DNA of 63,940 bases, counting the filler, from an uncultured bacterium (lineage in GTDB: Bacteria; Latescibacterota; UBA2968), in the NCBI GenBank assembly GCA_964471275.1. It is 3 parts of 3 records of this genome, joined end to end, with 100 filler letters (N's around TTAATTAATTAA, not from the genome) between each part and the next. Parts side by side here need not be neighbours in the genome. Positions count along the whole stretch, not along the records: positions 25,448 to 50,630 come from CAYYGZ010000040.1; positions 50,731 to 63,940 come from CAYYGZ010000131.1; 1 more part is not named here. One strand, given 5' to 3'. Under the pieces are notes generated by a model. It saw only the letters and a list, made by a program, of their open reading frames with translations, was not told where the DNA came from and did no database searches. Of the stretch, positions 43,145 through 52,104 are shown in pieces. Position 1 is the first letter of the stretch; every line of letters begins with the position of its first letter. The position numbers and the translations under genes were made by a program.

Positions 43145-44128
43145 TCAGCCAAGCACTTGGCGGACGGCCTGGATCACCTGTTGCGTATCCGGGATGGTGG
43201 CGTCTTCGAGCGGCTTGCTGAAGGGCACAGGGACGTCCATGGCACCGAGGCGGACGATGGGTGCGTCGAGGTAGTCAAAGGCACCGTTGTAGACAACTGA
43301 AGCGAGTTCGGCAGTGACACCGAAGCTCTGGCAGCCTTCATCTATGATTACGGCACGGCCGGTCCTGGATACCGATTCAATCAGCGTGTCGGCATCGAGC
43401 GGGACCATCGTTCGGGGATCGATGACTTCGCAGCTTATACCGTCTGCAGCAAGCGTTTCGGCTGCTTCGAGAGCGACGAGGACCATACTCGAGGTGGCAA
43501 TGAGTGTGACGCCGTCGCCAGGTCGCTTGATGTCGGCGACGCCGAAGGGGATGGGATCGACGACGTCGGGTACGGGCCCCTTCACGGCATACATCATCTT
43601 GTCTTCAAACACGATGACGGGGTTGTCGTCGCGGACGGCGGTCTTAAACAATCCTATGGCGTCCTTGGGTGTTGAGGGGATGACGACCTTGAGTCCGGGG
43701 ACGTGAGCAGCCCAGGCGTGGAGACTCTGAGAGTGCTGGGCAGCCGATGAGCGACCGGCACCCATGGTCGCGCGGATCGTGAGCGGAACGGTGGCCTGAC
43801 CTCCTGACATGTAGCGCAGCTTGGCGGCCTGGTTGACGATTTGATCCATGGCGAGAGCGATGAAGTCGCCAAACATGACCTCGACGATCGGGCGCATACC
43901 CGTTAGCGCGGCACCGACACCGAGACCGACGTAGCCGGCTTCCGCGATTGGCGTATCGATGATCCGGTCACCAAATTCTTCCCGCAGTCCAACGAGGATT
44001 TTGAATACCCCTCCCGCCGATCCGATGTCCTCACCCATGAGAACGACTGATTCGTCCCGTCGCATTTCTTCCGCGATCCCTTGTTTGACCGCTTGTCCGA
44101 AGGTAATCTGTTTCTCAGGCGAAGACAT
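43145..44128 (-). CDS. acoB: acetoin/pyruvate dehydrogenase E1 beta subunit
   Basis: GEDIG, DTPIAE, NQAAKLRYMSGG, AAQHSQS, YLDAPIVRL. Confidence 0.85.
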   Translation of the reverse strand: MSSPEKQITFGQAVKQGIAEEMRRDESVVLMGEDIGSAGGVFKILVGLREEFGDRIIDTPIAEAGYVGLGVGAALTGMRPIVEVMFGDFIALAMDQIVNQAAKLRYMSGGQATVPLTIRATMGAGRSSAAQHSQSLHAWAAHVPGLKVVIPSTPKDAIGLFKTAVRDDNPVIVFEDKMMYAVKGPVPDVVDPIPFGVADIKRPGDGVTLIATSSMVLVALEAAETLAADGISCEVIDPRTMVPLDADTLIESVSRTGRAVIIDEGCQSFGVTAELASVVYNGAFDYLDAPIVRLGAMDVPVPFSKPLEDATIPDTQQVIQAVRQVLG

Positions 44129-45068
44129 GCTGGCTTGCCTCCTCGACTTCAGGCCACGGCGCGCCCTGTGCTGACTCGACGGCGTCGGCCACCTCATCCT
44201 TGACTTCCTGATCAATCTGTTCCAGGTCCGATTCCTCGAATCCTGAATCGACAAGCGATGCATGGTAACGTGTGATCGGATCCTTCTCCTGCCATTCCGC
44301 CCGCTCTTCATCCGGTCTGTAGCCATCACCGGGGTCACCGACGTGGTGTCCCCGGTGGCGATATGTCATGCATTCGATGAGTGCGGGTCCGCCTCCCTTC
44401 CGTGCCCTTTCGACGGCCTCGGCCGCAGCCTCATACACAAGTTCGACGTCGTTCCCGTCGATTACTGAGCCGGGTATGCCGAAGGGTTTTGCGCGATCGG
44501 CAATGTGCTCGCCTGCCGTGACGGCGTCGGTCGCGGTGTATTCGCCATACTGGTTGTTCTCGCAGACGTAGATGACAGGGAGGTCCCAGATGGCGGCGTG
44601 GTTCATGACTTCGAAGAAGATGCCCTGGTTGCTGGCACCGTCGCCGAAGAAGCAGACGGCAACCTGGTCGGTCTTGCGGAGTTTGACGGAGAGTCCCGCT
44701 CCCGTGGCGATGCCGAAGCCACCACCGACGATGCCGTTGGCTCCGAGGATACCGACCGACATGTCCGCGATGTGCATGGATCCGCCTTTGCCGCGACAGA
44801 TGCCGGTGACGCGACCCATGACCTCGGCCATCATCTCATCGAGTTTGCCACCCTTGGCGACACAGTGACCGTGGCCACGGTGGGTGCTGGTAATGAAGTC
44901 GTCATCACGCAGCGCCGTGCAGACACCGACGGCGACGGCCTCTTCACCGATGTAGAGATGTGCGAGACCGTGCATGAGTCCGTTGGTGTAGATCTCGAAA
45001 ATCTGTTCTTCGAATCGGCGGATGCGAAGCATCGAGCGAAGGATGTGTTTCTGGATTTCTGGTTGCAT
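44115..45068 (-). CDS. acoA: acetoin/pyruvate dehydrogenase E1 alpha subunit
   Basis: HLYIGEEAVAVG, THRGHGH, GKGGSMH, TPP motif GDGA...ENN. Confidence 0.85.
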   Translation of the reverse strand: MQPEIQKHILRSMLRIRRFEEQIFEIYTNGLMHGLAHLYIGEEAVAVGVCTALRDDDFITSTHRGHGHCVAKGGKLDEMMAEVMGRVTGICRGKGGSMHIADMSVGILGANGIVGGGFGIATGAGLSVKLRKTDQVAVCFFGDGASNQGIFFEVMNHAAIWDLPVIYVCENNQYGEYTATDAVTAGEHIADRAKPFGIPGSVIDGNDVELVYEAAAEAVERARKGGGPALIECMTYRHRGHHVGDPGDGYRPDEERAEWQEKDPITRYHASLVDSGFEESDLEQIDQEVKDEVADAVESAQGAPWPEVEEASQHVFA

Positions 45069-45104
45069 GCGCTTTGCCTGTGGTGGTGGATGAGTAAGAC
45101 CAGT

Positions 45105-45139
45105 ATCGAATATTGGACGCCGAATGTCGAATAACGAAG
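45105..45139 (+). repeat. degenerate 7-bp tandem repeat x5
   Basis: ATCGAAT/ATTGGAC/GCCGAAT/GTCGAAT/AACGAAG. Confidence 0.6.
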
Positions 45140-45166
45140 GCCCTGTATGCGGGCCATCCCTGTCAG

Positions 45167-46198
45167 CTAGGGTGTTAAGATCTGCTTCAGCCCAACCTTG
45201 TTTTCGGCGTTGTCGAAGGCAAGCTCCCAATCATCGATGGGATAGCGGTGGGATATGAATCGCTCGAGATCGACCTGGCCGGAACGGACCATCTGAATGG
45301 CCTGGTCCCAGGATGGCCAGTCGGTGGCGATCGAGCCCTGAACACGGAGCTGTTTGTAGACGATGCGGCCCCACTCGATTTCGAATGGGTGCTCGATCAG
45401 GGCGACCTGAGCATACTGTGCGCAATTGGCGGCGGATTCCAGACACTGATTCACGGATCCGCGCGTACCTCCACAGTCGACGACGATATCGGCACCGTAG
45501 CCGTCGGTCAAGCTGAGGATGAGATCCGTGACATCGTCGGTCTCAACGTTGACGGCGTGGTCGGCACCCAGGCTTTGGGCGGCTTCAAGACGATCCCCGT
45601 CTGCGCCCGTGCCGGCGACGATGACCTGCGCGCCGGATTGCCTGGCCAGCCAGGCGCACATAAGCCCGATCGGTCCGGGGCCGCAGATAAGTGTTGTGTG
45701 TCCGGGCGTAATGTCGCTGTAGCGGCATATGGCCTTTACGCAGCAGGCGAACGGTTCGACAAGGGCGCCTGCATCATAGGTGACCGTCGGCGGCAGCGAG
45801 AAGACGAGTTCATCGGGGACGATCAGATACTCGGCGAAACCTCCGTCTATTCCGCTGCCGATCGAATAGCGGTTTTCGCAGAAGAAGTAGGTGCCGGTGT
45901 GACAGTAGCGACATCTGCCGCAGCTGCCACTCGCGGTCGGGTTGACGGTGACCCGCTCGCCAACGGACACTCGTGAAACAGATGGGCCGATCTCGACGAC
46001 ATCGCCACAGATCTCGTGGCCCAGCGTGACCGGGGGCTTGAAGCCATAACCGCCCTCGCGGATGTGGAGATCGGTGCCGCAGATACCGCCTGACTTTACG
46101 GCGATCTTGATGAGGCCGTCTGCGGTAACGTCGGGTTCGGGGGTGTCGCAGAGTTCTACACCGCCGGGGCCCTCGGTGGTTTTTCTGATCGCTTTCAA
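45167..46198 (-). CDS. zinc-dependent (MDR) alcohol/polyol dehydrogenase
   Basis: GICGTD, GHE, CGRCRYC...C structural Zn site, GPGPIG. Confidence 0.93.
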   Translation of the reverse strand: MKAIRKTTEGPGGVELCDTPEPDVTADGLIKIAVKSGGICGTDLHIREGGYGFKPPVTLGHEICGDVVEIGPSVSRVSVGERVTVNPTASGSCGRCRYCHTGTYFFCENRYSIGSGIDGGFAEYLIVPDELVFSLPPTVTYDAGALVEPFACCVKAICRYSDITPGHTTLICGPGPIGLMCAWLARQSGAQVIVAGTGADGDRLEAAQSLGADHAVNVETDDVTDLILSLTDGYGADIVVDCGGTRGSVNQCLESAANCAQYAQVALIEHPFEIEWGRIVYKQLRVQGSIATDWPSWDQAIQMVRSGQVDLERFISHRYPIDDWELAFDNAENKVGLKQILTP

Positions 46199-46224
46199 GA
46201 TCTAGACCTTTGGAACCACGAGTA

Positions 46225-46309
46225 CACGCCTCGGCTCCGTCCAGTGCAGGCTCCGAACACGGAAGGAAACCCAAGATCGGAGAGAGTGCACTGTACGAGC
46301 GAAGGCGTG
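46225..46309. repeat. long imperfect intergenic palindrome
   Basis: Nested arms CACGCCT/AGGCGTG, GTCCAGTGCA/TGCACTGTAC, TCCGA/TCGGA. Confidence 0.6.
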
Positions 46310-46337
46310 GGGGGCGGGGAGGCGAGAACGAGTTGGG

Positions 46338-47516
46338 CTAGAGCCACGAGGAGTCCTCGAGCTTGTGCTTGAGGGCCTGAAGGTAACGGGAGCAAACGAG
46401 GCCGTCGACGAGGCGGTGGTCGGCGGAGAGCGTTACCGTCATAACACGGCGAGCGAGAAGGCCAACGGGGTGCGTGCTCGGACGGATTTCGTCGCGAAGC
46501 GCACCGATGGCGAGAGCGGCGCATTCCGGAGGGTTGATGATCGCCGAGAATTCGCGGATGCCGAACATCCCGAGATTCGAGACGGTTACGGTGGCCCGGG
46601 TGTCCGAAACGAGTTTGCCCTGGCGGGCAGCGGCGACGATTCGAGACCGGACTGCGGTGATGTCGTCGAGTGACTTCGATTCTGCGGCAGCAATGACCGG
46701 GACGAGGAGACCGTTGTCCGTTCCGACGGCGAGACCCACGTGGACATTCGGGTTGTAGACGATGTCGTCTTCTTCCAGGCAGGCGTTCAGGATAGGGTAT
46801 TCGTACAGCTGGTCTGCAGCGGCCTTCACGATGATGTCGGTGAGCGTGATGTTCGGGCGTTCGGCTTCGACGGCAGACTTCCACCAGCCTTCTGTTTCCG
46901 TGGCATCGACATCGATCGATAGGTAGAAGTGGGGGATGGCTTGCTTGGCGGCGACCATCGCCTTGCCGATGGCCTTACGTATTTTCGTCAGCGGCTCGCG
47001 ATCGATCGTCGGGACGGCGGTGGATATGATGGCGTCGGCAGCATTCTGGACATCCTGTGCTGTGATTCGCCCGTTGGGTCCGGTTCCGGAAACGGTCGCA
47101 AGGTCGATGTCAAGATCATCGGCCAGCTTGCGTGCTGCAGGAGACCGGCGAACACGTGCAGTGTTGGAAGACGGCGCTGCGGTCGTTGCCGTGGATGATT
47201 CCGACGGTTCAGTGGGACCGGGCGTCGAAGCCGGTGAGGTAACGGGCTCGTCGTCGAGAGATTCCAACGGTTCATCTGCGGTGTCGGTGATGATGGCGAT
47301 GTCGGAGAGGACAGGGACGGTCTGACCTTCGGGGCAGAGGATCCGGCGGAGGATGCCCGTGTCCGTGGCTTCGAAATCGAACATGGCCTTGTCGGTTTCG
47401 AGTTCGCAGAGAACGTCCCCCTCTGAGACGCTGTCACCTTCCTGTTTGAGCCAACGGATGAGGGTACCTTCGTCCTGCTGGAGGCCGTATTTGGGCATCT
47501 TTATGTGTTTGGTCAT
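46338..47516 (-). CDS. dihydrolipoamide acetyltransferase (E2)
   Basis: Lipoyl ETDKA; E3-binding SPAARKLA...GTGPNGRI; catalytic DHRLVDG. Confidence 0.93.
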   Translation of the reverse strand: MTKHIKMPKYGLQQDEGTLIRWLKQEGDSVSEGDVLCELETDKAMFDFEATDTGILRRILCPEGQTVPVLSDIAIITDTADEPLESLDDEPVTSPASTPGPTEPSESSTATTAAPSSNTARVRRSPAARKLADDLDIDLATVSGTGPNGRITAQDVQNAADAIISTAVPTIDREPLTKIRKAIGKAMVAAKQAIPHFYLSIDVDATETEGWWKSAVEAERPNITLTDIIVKAAADQLYEYPILNACLEEDDIVYNPNVHVGLAVGTDNGLLVPVIAAAESKSLDDITAVRSRIVAAARQGKLVSDTRATVTVSNLGMFGIREFSAIINPPECAALAIGALRDEIRPSTHPVGLLARRVMTVTLSADHRLVDGLVCSRYLQALKHKLEDSSWL

Positions 47517-47681
47517 GCGGGAATTAGCTCGGGTCTCTGAGTTGTGATGGGTGTCATGCCTCAATTGTCTCCGGTTGATCTGTTGATGTGTCCCCTGGGG
47601 GATGCCTGTCTGCAACTCTCCTCGAAGGTGGTTCCGATGGGAACATCAGATACCAGACATTTCCTTCGCTCCCCTGTTCAC

Positions 47682-47715
47682 AAAACGCGACCCAACTGTT
47701 TCGTCGGGTCGCGTT
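47682..47715 (-). terminator. intrinsic terminator after TPR gene
   Basis: AACGCGACCC/GGGTCGCGTT stem followed by a T-tract on the minus strand. Confidence 0.65.
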
Positions 47716-47791
47716 CTGAGATGCTCGCTGCCGACGCGCTACAAGATGCTCAGTTCTCGTGGGCCGGGCAATGGGGTTCGGAGTCAGGCCG

Positions 47792-49558
47792 TTATTTCAT
47801 GTTTCCCGTAGGAGCCGGCTGATATTTTCGAATCAGCTCCTTGAGTTCCTCTGCGCGAGGATGATCTGGCTGAACCTGAAGAGCCTCCTTGTATGACTTG
47901 GCGGCTCGGAAGGTCAGGTTCTGCGTTTCGTAGAGTTCGGCGATGGCGATGTAACCGTCTGCGTACTTGGGATTGGTCTGTACGCTTTGCTCGAAGGCCG
48001 CCATGGCCTGCTTGGGCAATCCCATCGCCAAATACTGTTTCCCGATCGCCAGGTGAGGGCGAGCGTCTGTCTTGCTGATCTGCGCATACCTGTTGTAGGC
48101 CAGGAGCGCGTCCTGGTTGTTCCCCGCCGCGGCCTGTGCTTTGCCCAGCTCGAAGTGGCCCGGGATGTGATTGGGCTCGGCCTCGATGCTCTTCTTGTAA
48201 GACTGGACCGCCACCTTGTAATCCTTCTGTATAAAGTGCATTTCACCCAGGTAGAAGTGAGCCCGCTTCTCCTTCGTGCCGTTCTTGATGGCCCTTTGAA
48301 ACAGCTGTGCCGCCCTGGCCGGCGTGCCGGTGTTTCGTTCGATCATGCCGAGCTTGAATGCCGCCTCCGGGTGATTCGGATCCGTTTCAAGCACTGCCTT
48401 ATACTCGGCCGCCGCTTCGATGACCTTGCTCAATTCCTCATAAACACCGCCCAATTCAATGCGAAGCTCCGGGTTTTTCGGGTCGGCCGCCACGGCCTGT
48501 TGAAGGCCATCTGCCACTCGACTGAAACTCGACTGATACTGATCAAACCAGATCGAGCTCATGGCGGTCTGTAGTTGCGGGTCTTCGGGGGACTGCTTGA
48601 GGGCGTGTTCCAATTCGGACATTGCTTCGGATTTTCGATCCTGATCGATTAGCAGGAGCCCGAGCCGGTAGCGTGCGTCCCTGTGGTCGACGTCGGCGCG
48701 GAGGGCGTCTCGGTAGGATTTCTCGGCGCCGGTGAGGTCCTTCTCGTGCTGCAACAGCGTTGCCAGCCGATAGTGTGGTTCCGCGTAGTCCGGGTCGAGG
48801 CTGATGGCGTCTCGGAAGTGCGACTTGGCTTCCGAGACCATCGATCGCTCCGGGTCCTCACGATTGATGACGACAAGGCCCTCAGCGTGTGCCTGGAAGG
48901 CTTCGACGACTGCGGTGGGCGGTCGGCGAAGCCTATCCACGTCTTCCAACGGCAGCTCGATGCGGAGGGCTTCCGCAATCTGAAGGAGCAAGCCGTTCAT
49001 TGCTTCGGACGGCTCGTGTATGGAACCCAGGCTCGTGAAGGTGGCGAGCGGACGTCCGGTTACGGGATCGATACAGCGGATGCTGACCTCGATCGTATCG
49101 CCGGTTATTCGGTAGCTGCCTATTACAAGCAAGTCTGAGCCGAGCTGTTTTGAGATCTCATTGTAGTTGCTGGATAGTCCGGGGTTCTGTGATACAACGT
49201 GGTTGATCTCTTCCCACGTGAAGGCTCGCATGTAGATCGTGCCGTGTAGTTTTGTCCGCGCAACTTCCGGGAGTCCGACCGAGAGCCAATCCCACTTTGC
49301 AGCGCCCGTCTGGTTTCTGAACGCGGGGAAGACGATAGGCCAGTCCGTTCGTGCCAGCGCATGGCTTGGGAGGAGCGAGAGGAGAGCGAGAAGAAGAGGC
49401 GTGGCGAGGGCAGGGAGCAGCCTCCTTCGCTGAGGCCTCGGAGTCCCGGAGGAGCAGGAGGGATACTGTACGCGTGTAGGTGCACCGGCGGCGAAGTCAT
49501 TGCTGCTGGGGACTGCCGTGCTCTGTTCCCTTTGCTCCGTACGTTCTTGAATTGGCAT
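47792..49558 (-). CDS. exported TPR protein with TolB-N/FlgO-like N-terminal domain
   Basis: Hydrophobic signal LLLALLSLLPSHALA; FRNQTG...WLSVGL domain; about 10 TPR-like repeats; exact start uncertain. Confidence 0.82.
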   Translation of the reverse strand: MPIQERTEQREQSTAVPSSNDFAAGAPTRVQYPSCSSGTPRPQRRRLLPALATPLLLALLSLLPSHALARTDWPIVFPAFRNQTGAAKWDWLSVGLPEVARTKLHGTIYMRAFTWEEINHVVSQNPGLSSNYNEISKQLGSDLLVIGSYRITGDTIEVSIRCIDPVTGRPLATFTSLGSIHEPSEAMNGLLLQIAEALRIELPLEDVDRLRRPPTAVVEAFQAHAEGLVVINREDPERSMVSEAKSHFRDAISLDPDYAEPHYRLATLLQHEKDLTGAEKSYRDALRADVDHRDARYRLGLLLIDQDRKSEAMSELEHALKQSPEDPQLQTAMSSIWFDQYQSSFSRVADGLQQAVAADPKNPELRIELGGVYEELSKVIEAAAEYKAVLETDPNHPEAAFKLGMIERNTGTPARAAQLFQRAIKNGTKEKRAHFYLGEMHFIQKDYKVAVQSYKKSIEAEPNHIPGHFELGKAQAAAGNNQDALLAYNRYAQISKTDARPHLAIGKQYLAMGLPKQAMAAFEQSVQTNPKYADGYIAIAELYETQNLTFRAAKSYKEALQVQPDHPRAEELKELIRKYQPAPTGNMK

Positions 49559-49560
49559 TC

Positions 49561-50630
49561 TTATTTCTCCAACAGATTTTCGTTGTCTCTGGTGACGAAC
49601 AGGAAGGCGATGCACATCTCGTCCGACGATTCTTCACCCCAGCGTACGAATTTGGGTGGGCTGTTCGGGTTGTTTGGGTTGTCGGCAGAGTTGTCGTAGA
49701 CTGCATCCAGGTTGACCCGAGTCCCGCGCGGAAGGGCAATCGGCTCCTTGTAAGCGTAGGTCTCCTGCCAAGCGAACTCCCACTCGTCGATCCAGATGAG
49801 TGGTTTAACAGAGCCATCAGGAAAGGTGGCTGTGATCTTGATTTCCTTCCCGATCAGGTGCATGTGCGGGAGTATGGCGTGAACGTGTGAATCCTGATCG
49901 ATGGTGATTCCTCCGGATACCTCGAATCGGGGTACACCAGCTGGGATGAAGAGCAGTCGGCTGGCTACGGCCTCTTCGGCAAGCACCTGCTTGACCGGCT
50001 TCTTGTGCAGATAGACGCCCAGTTTAGACTGATCCTGTACCACACGCCCGGACTTGTGGTAGTGCATCTGGATCACAATGTGACATTTCTTGGGCAGAGG
50101 TCTGCCGATACCTTCGGGCAGAAGCAGAGGACTGTTCCCAGGGGCCCACCCGCCCAGGAATCCGCTCGTCTCGAAGCCGATTCCGCCGAAACTCTCATAT
50201 CCCGGTCTCGGGTCCGCATTCTCAAGCTCTATTGCTTTTCCCGTCACATCCAGGTAAATGGCGACATGATGGACGACCTCCTTTGCATCAGGGAGAATCT
50301 CTATCCCGCGAACATATACATCCTCCTTGAGGTCCAACGGAATTACAAAACAGCGGTACTCGTCTTGACCTACGGCTTCGACGGTGTAGGGGACCTCGGG
50401 TATCAGCACGAGATCCGGCGTTCCCATGGTCCACTCATTGGGGAAATCGAGGGGCTCCGGTGCATCGGAGGGGTCGCCCTTGGGCATACCCTCATCGATC
50501 CAGCGTTCGAAGAGTTGGCGATCTGCATCGGACAGGGCTCGTGATCCGGCAAAGTCGTTGATGTCTGAGCGTGCGGGCCATGGCGGCATGTTGCCGGCCC
50601 TGATCGAGTCTCTCATGTCCGGTACCCAGG
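49561..50630 (-). CDS. copper type II ascorbate-dependent monooxygenase-like protein, 5' truncated
   Basis: VVHHV, QMHYH, PHMHLIG and DEMC Cu-ligand motifs; MPPW upstream. Confidence 0.85.
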
Positions 50631-50730
50631 NNNNNNNNNNNNNNNNNNNNNNNNNNNNNNNNNNNNNNNNNNNNTTAATTAATTAANNNNNNNNNNNNNN
50701 NNNNNNNNNNNNNNNNNNNNNNNNNNNNNN
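50631..50730. other. artificial contig-joining spacer
   Basis: Run of N flanking TTAATTAATTAA. Confidence 0.98.
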
Positions 50731-50834
50731 GAGAAAACCGCGCCCTTCGCGTGGACGGCTGCAGCTGAGTCGATCCTATCAAAGACCGAACGACTTTACA
50801 TGGTTATTTCTGGAACACGACACTAGGACCTCCT

Positions 50835-51800
50835 ATGAATGCAAGCAGCAAGACATACCTGGAATTCGAGAAACCAATCCAGGAAATCGAGAAGAAGATC
50901 GAGGAAATGACGACCCATGCCGAGTCGGAGAACCTTGATATGTCGGCTGAGATTACGTCTCTGCGCGATCGCGCAGCCAACCTGGAGAAAGACATCTACG
51001 GGAATCTGACCCGTTGGCAAAAAGTCCAGGTCGCACGCCACCCTCAGCGGCCGTATACGCTGGATTACATCGACTTGATGCTGACCGATTTCGTCGAACT
51101 CCACGGGGATCGTCAATATCGGGATGATCCGGCGATCGTGGGGGGGCCAGCCCGGATCGACGGGCGTCCCATCATGTTGATCGGTCAACAGAAGGGCCGG
51201 AACACGAAGGAAAATCTGCACAGGAACTTTGGGATGCCCTACCCGGAGGGCTACCGGAAGGCGCTACGGCTCATGCATATGGCAGCAAAATTCGGACGCC
51301 CCGTAGTCTGCCTCGTCGACACCCCCGGGGCCTTTCCAGGTCTAGGCTCGGAGGAACGGAACGTATCGGAGGCGATCGGCAGGAATCTCTTTGAGATGGC
51401 GAAGTTGCCCGTACCGATCGTTGTGGTCGTGATCGGTGAAGGGGCCAGCGGCGGCGCACTCGGCATCGGTGTCGGTGATCGGATCCTGATGCTCGAGAAT
51501 GCGTGGTATTCCGTCATCAATCCGGATTCCTGCTCCCTGATTCTCTGGCGGAACAGGGACAAGAAAGAGGAGGCCGCAGACGCCATGAAGATCGCGGCAG
51601 AAGATCTGATCGAGTTCGGAATCGTCGATCGCGTTGTCACGGAGCCCCTCGGTGGCGCCCACAAGGATCCGATCCAGACTGCGAAGAACCTCAAGCAGGC
51701 GATCGTCGAGACAATCGATGAGCTTCAGCGTAAACCGGCCGAATCGCTGTCACCAGATCGCATCGAGAAATTCTGCAAAATGGGTGTTTGGGAAGAGTAG
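50835..51800 (+). CDS. accA: acetyl-CoA carboxylase carboxyltransferase alpha
   Basis: [48 protein letters not shown]. Confidence 0.97.
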   Translation: MNASSKTYLEFEKPIQEIEKKIEEMTTHAESENLDMSAEITSLRDRAANLEKDIYGNLTRWQKVQVARHPQRPYTLDYIDLMLTDFVELHGDRQYRDDPAIVGGPARIDGRPIMLIGQQKGRNTKENLHRNFGMPYPEGYRKALRLMHMAAKFGRPVVCLVDTPGAFPGLGSEERNVSEAIGRNLFEMAKLPVPIVVVVIGEGASGGALGIGVGDRILMLENAWYSVINPDSCSLILWRNRDKKEEAADAMKIAAEDLIEFGIVDRVVTEPLGGAHKDPIQTAKNLKQAIVETIDELQRKPAESLSPDRIEKFCKMGVWEE

Positions 51801-52070
51801 AGATACGGGTCAGTCCCGTTAGCAAACCTCACGCCACGGTGTGTGCCCCAAAGGCCACACACCCTTGCCGGTAGCTTCTGTGGGAACGCTAAACCCTTGT
51901 CAGATCAGACCCTGTATTCGTCAGGAAAACGTAACTTTTCTTGATGTACATAATTCGGCTGATTCTGCCCATTCCATGCCATTCAAGAAAAATTTTGGAG
52001 CGATACTCTTGTGTTTCAACAGCTTAGTGAAAAAGCCACAGAATAAGCCGAGAATTCGCCCAGAATCCGC

Positions 52071-52099
52071 TTGACGCCCCCCCCCTTCCCGTTTATATT
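52071..52099 (+). promoter_or_regulatory. sigma70 promoter with no downstream CDS
   Basis: TTGACG-N17-TATATT; same -10 and spacing as the ecfT promoter. Confidence 0.75.
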
Positions 52100-52104
52100 C
52101 ATAT

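Noticed and set aside
50731..50769. Possible dnaE 3' end upstream of accA
   Set aside because: Only about 12 codons at a contig edge; synteny alone is insufficient
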